NCBI GenBank assembly: GCA_002104945.1
Contig: MCFH01000020.1
Span: 756,575 to 820,574 of the forward strand
Length of the DNA stretch: 64,000 bases
Source of the DNA: Piromyces finnis finn
Lineage: Eukaryota; Fungi; Neocallimastigomycota
Reading direction: 5' to 3'
Of the stretch, positions 55,224-64,000 are shown one piece after another. Made by a program: the position numbers and the translations under genes. Position 1 is the first letter of the stretch. The number at the start of each line of letters is the position of its first letter. The notes under the pieces were generated by a model. It was not told the DNA's origin. It saw only the letters and a list, made by a program, of their open reading frames with translations, and did no database searches.

Positions 55224-57950
55224 ATGGTAAAATAAAATATTATACATTATGAAATTTAAAAAAATCAATTGTTAAAACAGTTTATCAATATGTTATGTTA
55301 TATACAAATTCGACAAATCCTTTTATTTTATTATTATTTTATCATTTATTTATTTATTTAAAAAAATCGTTTAATAAAGTTTCATTCAAAAATCATAAAA
55401 TTGCATTTTAAATATTAACTCATTTATTTTTATTTTCTACTTAAATATCTTTAATACAATTTTTAAACTGAACTGTCATATAGTCTGTACTCTATATACT
55501 TGGTATATACGTTTTTATAATATGCAGCTTCATATTTATTATGTTATTTGGACCAAATGAAGTAATATTTTATGGCACCTATAATTCAATTCATTATAAT
55601 TTTAAGTCTTAAATTTCTCCATTTTATATTTTTTTCTATATTTCTATACAAATGTTTTTAATTTCATAATGATTAATTAAGGAAATTCCTTTTTTTTTTT
55701 TTTTTTTTTTTTTTAATTAAAATATTAAAATTTAAAATTGTTTATATTCACATACGTATATCATTTACATTTTATTATTAATTTCATTATTGCTAGATGT
55801 TCAAAGGAACAATAATTGAAAAAATACATTGGTTCTTAACTATTGGCGCTCGTCAATATCTCTTGTATATATTTTATTGAAAATTTAAGAAAAATACATA
55901 TTATATATTTTATTTCCAATATTTAAATGAATAGTAACTAATTTCAATAATTTTCTATTTTAAAGACAATTATATAAATATATCTTTGGAAAAGAATTTA
56001 ATACAGAAAACAAAATTTTCAAAGCCATATATGGTTTTAGACATAGATTTATCCAAGTATGAAATTTTATATGCAATTTTAAATATTATTGATAATATTT
56101 AATTAACAAATCTTTTAAATATAATATAAAACATAAAATCATTTATTTATTTATAATTTTTTTTTTTTTTAATTTATAATGTTATCTTTTAAATTAAAAA
56201 CTCATTTTTAAATTTAATCATATATTAAATATATTCATTTAATTCCATTTTAAAATAATAATATTACTAATAATTAATAAAAAAAAATAAAATAATAGTT
56301 GTTTTATTTATCAATTTCCTCAGGAGGTATCGTTCTCTTTTTCTATACAGCTCTTAGTCGTCTTCCAAATAGATATTTAGGCCCAATTCATTTGTAATAT
56401 ATATCTTATTATTAACATTAAATAATATATATTCATATCGAATATCAAAGATAAAATTCAAAAGTATTATTAATTTATATATATTATTCTATCAAATTTT
56501 TTTGGGGAATAGCTTTATTATGCCTGTTGTTATTGGATTTATTTATGTTTCATTCTATATTGCTTGTGTATCGGATCCAGGTTTTATTACAAAAGAAAAT
56601 GTTGACAAAATTTGTAAACATTTCAAATATGACCACATTTTGTATTCTGAAAGAACATGTAAAACGTGCCAATTTAATAAGTAATGAGAAAGAAAATTTT
56701 ATATATAAAATAAAATATTTTTTATCAGTTTAAGTTTAATTATTTATTTTTATAAAAAAAATATTCATATTATTAGACCAGCAAGATCAAAACATTGCAG
56801 TACTTGTGGACATTGTGTAGCTAAATCCGAGTAATTAATATATTTTCTTATGAATTATTTTATAAAAAAAAGTTGAATTAAAAGTAATAAATATTCCATT
56901 TTATTATATAAATATAAAATAAATGAAAATGAAAGTCATCACTGTTCATGGATTAATAATTGTGGTAAATAGACAATATCTTAAACTTCATTATAATAAT
57001 TATTCATTTTTTTATATAATTATTATCACAAATTAACTTAAAATCCCTTTCCATATTTATATTAGTTGGATATTTAAATTTTAGATGGTTCCTTACTTTC
57101 CTTATTTCGAATATTATAATTAGTTTCTATGGTTGTTACCTTTCCTTTTATATTATGAAAGATAAAGCCCACGTTATGGGAATAGATAATGGTTATGCAT
57201 TCAATCGTTATACTCATCAATATGAAGAAATTCATCTTAAGCAATTATTCTTGGTAAATATTTAAATAATAGTACTTTAATATTTTTATTAAATTTATAA
57301 TTAACACTAAGAATAAAAAAATGTTTTTAATAATATAGATTATGATTAATGAAGAGCCAATTCTTTGTGCTTTATTTTTATTTTTAGGCGCTTCTGCCTT
57401 TGTGGTCATTGGTTTTGCTGGCTATCAATCATATCTTTCTATTGTTGCAGGAATGACAAGTAAGATTTTTCATGATTAACTATTAAAGTATAAAATTTAA
57501 TGAATAGAATATATATTATTCTTTCAAACATATTTTCTTTTATTATGTTTACTAATATTATTTCATATTATTGTTATATTAGCTAATGAATTAGCCAAAT
57601 GGGGAAGACTAGAAGGACGTTTAGACAATGGAGAAACCTTTATTACAAAAACATATGTTGGTGATCAAATCACAGAAGAAGGTAAAAAAATACAACAGCA
57701 ACAAGAAGAAAAAAAAGATGGAATAAGAAATAGAAAAGGAAACACATCTAATGAAAAAAGCAATATGAATGAAGAAGAAAAAAAGAATAAATCATCTGCA
57801 TTAGATATGGATGAATACTATGATGGTATGATAAAGAATGGTTATCGTTATACTACAATATCTAGTTTTGAAGATGTTCAAAATCACTATAACTATGGTA
57901 TATTTAAAAATTTCAAAGAAATATTTTTCCCTAATGAAGATATATTTTAA
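55224..57950 (+). CDS. SWF1: DHHC palmitoyltransferase, SWF1/ZDHHC4-like
   Basis: ATG-only first coding exon (55224-55226), then in-frame exons giving [69 protein letters not shown] and GMTTNELAKW. Confidence 0.9.
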
Positions 57951-58280
57951 AGAAATGCATAAAAATATTTTATTTATAATAAAAAGTAAAACAGATAATA
58001 AAAAATAAAATATTGTCATTGATATATCTAAATAAATATTTAACAATAATAATAATATTAAAAAAAATTATAAATTATAAAAATAAAAGTAATAGTAATA
58101 CTACTAATTAATACTAATTAATTAGTACTTTTATTTTATATTTATAATTTATCTCTTCTCTAATAAAAATTATATATTAATTATTAATTATTATAAATAA
58201 AAAAATACAGAAAACTCAATAATAAATATTAATAGTTATACATCCAATAATATTTTAAGAATCATTAAAATGAAATAATT

Positions 58281-58317
58281 TGATTGGTTAAAAATCAAAA
58301 AAAGTTTTGTATATAAA
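58281..58317 (+). promoter_or_regulatory. Inverted CCAAT box (TGATTGG, 58281-58287) and TATA box (TATATAAA, 58310-58317) upstream of the left snoRNA copy
   Basis: The same two motifs occur in the same order and at similar spacing upstream of the right copy, although the surrounding sequence has diverged. Confidence 0.6.
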
Positions 58318-58374
58318 CTCAATAACATTCAAAATTTTTAAATATATGGTAATGTTTTTATTTTAAAAATTAAT

Positions 58375-58856
58375 TATTTATTAATAAAAACTTAAATTAT
58401 ATAGTATTTAAGAAATTATTAATAAAGTATCAAGAAGGTTTATTAGATTTCTAATATAGATGAGTAGTAACGATGATTAAGGATGTAGGTAGCATTAGAT
58501 TAGTGTATCCTTATGTATTTTCATACATTTGGTAGGCACTAATCACCCAAGGTGATGTATAATACTATCCTTAATATCGAAGATAGAAGTATTATTTTGA
58601 AGGATTGGTAGTTATAGTGTATTATAGCTTCTTTTAGCGTATCCTTGAGCAGTCTTTACATTTGGATTTTTTTCCATGTTTAGACCGTTCGGAGAAACTG
58701 AAAGGTTCCAGGTTATTTTATGCTTATCGATTTTTCAAAGTAATTGTTACCATATATTCTATATCTTTTCGGAAAAGTACAAGGTAACGCAGTTATCAGT
58801 ACTGACTCGTCACTATGTGGCGTTGATCGTTGAGGTAAACCATATGGAAAACATCT
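58375..58856 (+). ncRNA. snR30: snR30/U17-like box H/ACA snoRNA, copy 1 (5' end uncertain, 58375 to about 58460)
   Basis: Candidate H box AAAGTA (58737-58742); basal stem CCATAT/ATATGG; m1-like ATATTCTA (58754-58761); exact m2 AAACCAT (58837-58843); ACA at 58851-58853 plus 3 nt. The layout parallels the U17 3' hairpin (..CATATTCCTA...AAACCATGCAGGAAACATAT). GC-enriched body with several helices. Confidence 0.8.
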
Positions 58857-58925
58857 CATTATTAAAACAACAAATTATAAAATTAATTAATTTAAAAATT
58901 TTATATGAAAAATATTTGTTTTTTT
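58375..58925 (+). repeat. Left arm of a ~550-bp inverted repeat
   Basis: Reverse complement of 60509-61058, compared base by base. Only three differing sites (about 58389, 58438, 58918); 58439-58917 is identical. Confidence 0.97.
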
Positions 58926-59461
58926 ATTAATTTTTCTGATTAAAAAATATATATATATGGAAAGAGTTTCAAATTTAATCAAGGAAATTCCGAAAGATAC
59001 ATATTATAACAATCAACGGGAACTTTTGACCATTAGGATTAGTGCAATCAATAGATAGAGTTATAATTCTGTCCTGGAAAAGTTTGGTATATGTTTATTT
59101 GCTCCATTAAAGAACAATTATTATATTATAATAGTGCCTTATTTTAATTATAATTACAATATATCCATTTTTATTCTTTTATATTTATTTAAACCTATTT
59201 TAATTAATTATTTTTATTTATAAATACATGTATCATACATAATTAATAGATAAAAGATTATAATATATATAAAAATTAAATAATAATAAAAGAAAATTTT
59301 TAATATATAATTTTTATTTTATTTTTTTTTAAAATTTCTAATTTATTGATTTTAAATTTGAATTTTAAAATTTTTCATACTATCCATTTATTTATGTTGC
59401 TTGTATAAAATAACTTTGTATATATAATATATTTTAATAAAAATAAAAATTAAAAAAAAAA

Positions 59462-60433
59462 ATGATTAAAAGTTGTCTATATAAAATAATATTATTATTT
59501 TATATATTTTATATAAATAATGGTCAATGTCATTCATACGAATCACCTTATTGCTCAGCTGAGCTTGATAGCATAAATACCAGAAATCATTTTGTTTCTG
59601 AAAATATTGATGATCCAACTGGTGGATTTATGCTCACCATTCAACCAAAATTAAAAAATAATATAAAGTTTTCACCCGATTTTACCATTACACTTTTTGG
59701 TTCAAAATATAAAAGTATCAAAGGTCTTATCCTTTATGTTGAACATGAAAATCAAACCCATTTTACGGAAGAGGAGGATCTTAATTTAAGAATTGGTCAG
59801 TTTATAAATATTAACGATCAATATTTTAGACCAAAAAAATGTGGTGTAAAGTCGCCTATTAATAGTACTTTGGAACATTTTAATGGAAAAGATAAACCTC
59901 TTCCACAAACTTTTACCTGGACTCTAAGCAATGTTTTTGATTTTGAAAATGATTTTAATGGTGTAGTAAGAGGTTTAGGTAATTATTTTTTTTTTTTTTT
60001 TTTCCTCATAAAATAAAAATAAATAAATATAATAAAATTTAAATTTCCTATTTTTTAATTAAAAATATAACATGAATACTATGATTTATAAATTATTTTT
60101 ATATTCCTTGTTAAAATAAATATATATAAAAGTGGTTGTTTCAATGCACGAATGGGGTGTGCCAGAACCTGTAAAATTTAACCAAAAAATATAATGATGA
60201 ATATTTATCAAGAAGAATATCAGAAATATATATTAATTCATACTCCATTTATGAAAAGAATGGTACAGAATTTATTTTCATTATTTGCTTTAAGCATTGC
60301 CTCAGCACTAGTTTTCTATTTCATTTCTCGATACATTGTTAGAAAAGTAAAATTATATATAAAGGATAGAGAATATGGAGAATATCATAAACTTGAAAAT
60401 ACTAAAACTCAAAATTTAACTAAAGTAGTATAA
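59462..60433 (+). CDS. Signal peptide + Reeler-like domain + C-terminal transmembrane helix (type I membrane protein)
   Basis: Hydrophobic N-terminus; Reeler-like pattern IKGLILYVE..RIGQF..C..TLEHFNGKDKPLPQTFTWT..VVRGL|VVVSMHEW across an intron at about 59979-60132; TM segment LFSLFALSIASALVFYFI with a basic tail. The junction near 60171-60223 needs either a 53-nt intron or one extra A. Confidence 0.65.
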
Positions 60434-60508
60434 AACTAAATTGCTTTTACAAATTTATATTTAAATTAATCAAAATTTTAATAAAATTAACAAATAATAA
60501 CATATATC

Positions 60509-61058
60509 AAAAAAATAAATATTTTTCATATAAAATTTTTAAATTAATTAATTTTATAATTTGTTGTTTTAATAATGAGATGTTTTCCATATGGTTTACC
60601 TCAACGATCAACGCCACATAGTGACGAGTCAGTACTGATAACTGCGTTACCTTGTACTTTTCCGAAAAGATATAGAATATATGGTAACAATTACTTTGAA
60701 AAATCGATAAGCATAAAATAACCTGGAACCTTTCAGTTTCTCCGAACGGTCTAAACATGGAAAAAAATCCAAATGTAAAGACTGCTCAAGGATACGCTAA
60801 AAGAAGCTATAATACACTATAACTACCAATCCTTCAAAATAATACTTCTATCTTCGATATTAAGGATAGTATTATACATCACCTTGGGTGATTAGTGCCT
60901 ACCAAATGTATGAAAATACATAAGGATACACTAATCTAATGCTACCTACATCCTTAATCATCGTTACTACTCATCTATATTAGAAATCTAATAAAACTTC
61001 TTGATACTTTATTAATAATTTCTTAAATACTATATAATTTAAGCTTTATTAATAAATA
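60509..61058 (-). repeat. Right arm of the ~550-bp inverted repeat
   Basis: See left arm. Over the identical core, paired coordinates sum to 119434. Confidence 0.97.
60578..61058 (-). ncRNA. snR30: snR30/U17-like box H/ACA snoRNA, copy 2
   Basis: Identical RNA body on the minus strand: m1-like at 60673-60680, m2 at 60591-60597, ACA at 60581-60583. Confidence 0.8.
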
Positions 61059-61118
61059 CTTTTTTTCAGTTTTACTAAAAGATAAAAATAAAAATTCTGG
61101 CATGGAAAATTAGCACTA

Positions 61119-61165
61119 TTTATATATAGAATATCCAATAAGATTTTTAAGTAATTAGCCAATCA
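61119..61165 (-). promoter_or_regulatory. TATA box (61119-61126) and CCAAT boxes (61135-61139, 61159-61165) upstream of the right snoRNA copy; possibly shared with the divergent C/D snoRNA
   Basis: On the minus strand the order is TGATTGG...TATATAAA, ending 60 nt before the repeat arm (57 nt for the left copy). Confidence 0.6.
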
Positions 61166-61378
61166 TATCTTTAAATGAATGATATTCATAAGATTTTATT
61201 GGTAATAAAAAGCCACTAATTTTTTTAATGATATATAATAATAGTTTTTTTCCAAGTTTTTTTTAATTAATCATTAAGCAAAAAGTTGTTAAAAAAGAAA
61301 ATAATTATTAATACTAGTTGTATTAATGGTAAATTTCTTTTTTAAATAAGATTTAAAAAAAATATTATTTATTGTTAA

Positions 61379-61487
61379 CATATGGTGATGATAACTTTTA
61401 TTTTTTTTGAGTGGAATAGAAACGCTGTGTTAGTTGTTTCACTGCAATGAATCAGAAAAATTTATAGTCATAGTTACACTGAATATG
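61379..61487 (+). ncRNA. snR63: Box C/D snoRNA, snR63/U46 (SNORD46)-like guide for LSU rRNA 2'-O-methylation
   Basis: Box C GTGATGA (61385-61391), box D CTGA (61479-61482), 5-bp terminal stem CATAT/ATATG in correct kink-turn register. The guide AGTCATAGTTAC (61466-61477) is complementary to the conserved LSU GUAACUAUGACU. The D+5 rule picks the second A of GUAAC, which is yeast Am2256. Confidence 0.85.
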
Positions 61488-62073
61488 ATAACATAAGTAT
61501 GAAAATAAATATTTAATTTAAAAATTAAAGTTGGAAATGGTTGTATAAAATTTTTTATTTTATTTTATTAGAAAATATAATTTTGGTTATTGATTTTTTA
61601 GTGATTTTATTATTAATTTCTTTTTATTTAGAAAAAGAAAAGGAACTTTGTGTATTTTATATTAAATTAAATATATTATCAAGTATCCTATTTTTATTAC
61701 ATATATTTAATTACTTTCATCAAAATTAACAAAACCAAAAGATTTAATATCATTTTTACTAATTTTTGTTTTTATTTTTTATTTTATTATTCAAAAAAAA
61801 AAATAAATTATATAAATGATTAAATATATAACTTTTTTATATATGATTATATGTAATTTTTAACTGATAGAAAAATTAATAATTATAATTTTTTTTCTTT
61901 TAAAAAATACAAATATAAAATTCATTGTTTTTATAAATTTACTTTTGTCAATAAATCATTTTTAAAGTATATATGGCTATGTAATGATTTTAAAATAATT
62001 TATTGAATTTATTAAAAAAAAAAAAAAAAACATTATTTATGAAGAGTTAAATTATGATAATATCTTATTTTGA

Positions 62074-64000
62074 TTAAATAAAACCAGATTCAATTAACAA
62101 TCTAGCAAGCTTTTCATCTTCACGTTCTATTGGTTCTAAACTTAAAGACATATTATACATATCAGATTCATCCTCCAATTCTTACTAAAGATTCCTTTAA
62201 CCAATTTTGTAATTCTGGAACATCCTGTAAACAGTAAACTTGATTTTGATATTGTTGAATTTCACGAATTACATCGGCAGTTTTACTTCTCTTACTAAAG
62301 TTAATTAACTTTTCATTAACCTCACCATCAGCATTCTTAAGATTATTTGAGTTACCATCATCAATGAAAGTTAAATCAGTAAGATAAACACCTAAAAATG
62401 GAACACATGGTGGGTTTACTGAGTGAAGTTGTTCACGATAAGTAGAAAAGTTTTTGTTCTATCCATAGTCTTATTTAATGAGTCCAAAGTAGCTATATTT
62501 TTATTACTTAAAAAGTCCCAGGTCTTCTTAACGATGAATTGGAGCTGAACTAAAACCAGCTAAAATAGACATTAAAGTATTAAAGTTATTTAATGCATAA
62601 CATTTTCAGCATATATATAAAATGCTTCATTATAGATGCACGCTTCTTTAAATCAGTTTCTTTCAAAATTGTAATTGCAACCCATCCAGTAACTTGGTTT
62701 GACATTTCAATCATCATCTTATATTTACGGCTGGTGAATTTAATTTTTTGTGACCATGCTTTATTAGACATTCTACTGGTTGAATTTGGTTATACAATTT
62801 AGAGCACATTAATGTTAATTGTCTAGCTATTTCTGTTGGATCAAGTTCATTGAACGTATATGACGAAAAGATTTCGGTATGATTGGAACTGGAGCTTCAC
62901 GACCAGGAGATGGAGCAATTCCCTTAGTAAAAACCTTTATCAAATCTATCAAGAAGTTTTGATACAGTAAGGAAGGTTGGATCACTTTGAATTTGTCTAT
63001 CAAAGAATTCCTTTGCCATATTGAAAGCTTTTTGATCTTCTTCATCAGTTTCAATAGCATATTCTAACCAACTTTTACAACATTACATACACGAAGACGA
63101 ATTGGTTTTAATTTCTTTTCATGCCATTCATTAACTTCATTAATATCTGTAAGACCTGCTGGTTGTGGAAGTAAATATCTCTTTAATAACTCAGACATGA
63201 ATTGTATAGTAGTACAAAAAGAACGGTAAGTTAAAAGGAAAGTATTTGTAAAATTAGCATCAAAGGAATCATGACAAGTTAATCGTTCAACAAGAGCTTC
63301 AAATGTTCCACCTTTAACCTTCCATCCATATTAAATAAAAGATCTTTTACATCATAATCATATTCTAAATACCACTTCTTCTTAGGAGGAGCATTTGTTA
63401 CCTCTGAACCTAAAAGTTGCATTAATTTAGCTGAAGTCTTACGTTCACTAAACTGATCAATTTCAACTTGAACACCATTTTGATCATAATATAATGGTGG
63501 TGGTTGTATTGGTGAACAGAATGAGAAGAACTCTTACGTGGATGTGGATTAGTAATGTACTATTGTTAAAATTCTCGGTAAGTTTACTTGGTAATGATCG
63601 TTGAGAAAAGGTTCTATTTCTAGCTTGACCATTTTCTTCAAAATCTGGGTATTCAGTATCTGGAACGTCCATTGACATAGCTCTACGATTACGTGTTAAC
63701 GAAGCAGTATTATTTATTGATGTATTATTATTTATTGAAGCAACATTAACACTGGCAGAGAGAAGAAAGTTATTTGTATCGTTTGAAGAAGCAGAAGAAT
63801 TTACAAGAGATGCTTCAGATGAAGCAGACGCCCTACGGTTATAGTCATAATATATTTTTTGATATTGATCAACATTTTCTTTTTCTTGAAGTAGACATTT
63901 TGTGGAAATTACAAGTTCTTTAATAGCCTTTTCAATTAATTCAGTACTTAAAAGAATCTGTTCCTCAAAATTACTTGGTCTTAAAGTATTAACAATATTT
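62074..64000 (-). CDS. Ras guanine-nucleotide exchange factor (Cdc25/Sos-like REM + CDC25 domains), 3' part, broken by at least 12 single-base frameshifts in this sequence
   Basis: Motifs across shifting frames: WYLEYDY, KGGTFEALVERLT, FTNTFLLTYRSF, PIRLRVCNVV, ELDPTEIARQLTL, MSNQVTGWVA, LNNFNTLMSILAG, NPPCVPFLGVYLTDLTFIDDGN, LINFSKR, EREDEKLARLLIESGFI*. Start lies beyond the window. Confidence 0.9.

Noticed and set aside
58504-58647. Three (G/C)TATCCTT motifs resembling U12 donors inside the repeat
   Set aside because: No exon context or downstream U12 branch site and acceptor; at least one pairs in a helix with TAAGGAT.
58440-58860. Alternative identities for the repeat RNA: telomerase RNA, spliceosomal snRNA, RNase P/MRP, SRP, hammerhead ribozyme, group I intron
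   Set aside because: No telomeric template, Sm site or CR-I/CR-V motifs were found. GTGACGAG..CGAAA and AAGATATAG only partly resemble the ribozyme cores and lack the required stems or order, whereas m1/m2/ACA fit in position.
58676-58930. Identical 84/83-aa ORFs (also 60507..60758, minus strand)
   Set aside because: They run through the snoRNA motifs into AT-rich flank, show no recognisable domain, and are duplicated only because the arm is.
58375-61058. Pack-MULE or other DNA transposon that captured the Reeler gene
   Set aside because: No target-site duplication at the outer ends (..AAAATTAAT versus CTTTTTTTC..), no typical TIR termini and no transposase. The arms are better explained as RNA genes with their own promoters.
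1-64000. tRNA, rRNA, CRISPR arrays, intact transposon ORFs
   Set aside because: None seen: no T-loop GTTCGA cloverleafs, no repeat-spacer arrays, and no reverse transcriptase, integrase or transposase motifs.

Overview
Extremely AT-rich, intron-rich eukaryotic DNA. Composition, poly(A/T) and (AAT)n spacers, a flagellar gene and fungal-type proteins point to a zoosporic fungus, most likely an anaerobic gut fungus (Neocallimastigomycota; inference). Fifteen protein-coding genes can be spliced together by hand: CFAP100 (3' part), Yrb30-like Ran-binding protein, a five-LIM PINCH orthologue, capping protein alpha, a large uncharacterised HEAT-like protein, a Uds1-domain coiled-coil protein, RPC5/POLR3E, a PH-domain protein, endonuclease V, SPF45, ELYS, an orphan coiled-coil protein, a SWF1-like DHHC palmitoyltransferase, a Reeler-like membrane protein and a frameshifted RasGEF (3' part). 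The most striking features are invisible to the ORF track. (1) A ~550-bp, ~99% identical inverted repeat (58375-58925 / 60509-61058) brackets the Reeler-like gene. Each arm carries a structured RNA with the m1, m2, H and ACA hallmarks of snR30/U17, and each has its own CCAAT+TATA promoter in otherwise diverged flanks. (2) An adjacent box C/D snoRNA predicts exactly the snR63/U46 methylation site in LSU rRNA helix 69. (3) A textbook U12-type AT-AC intron lies at 17576-17693. All calls come from manual reading and remembered family motifs; no searches were run.
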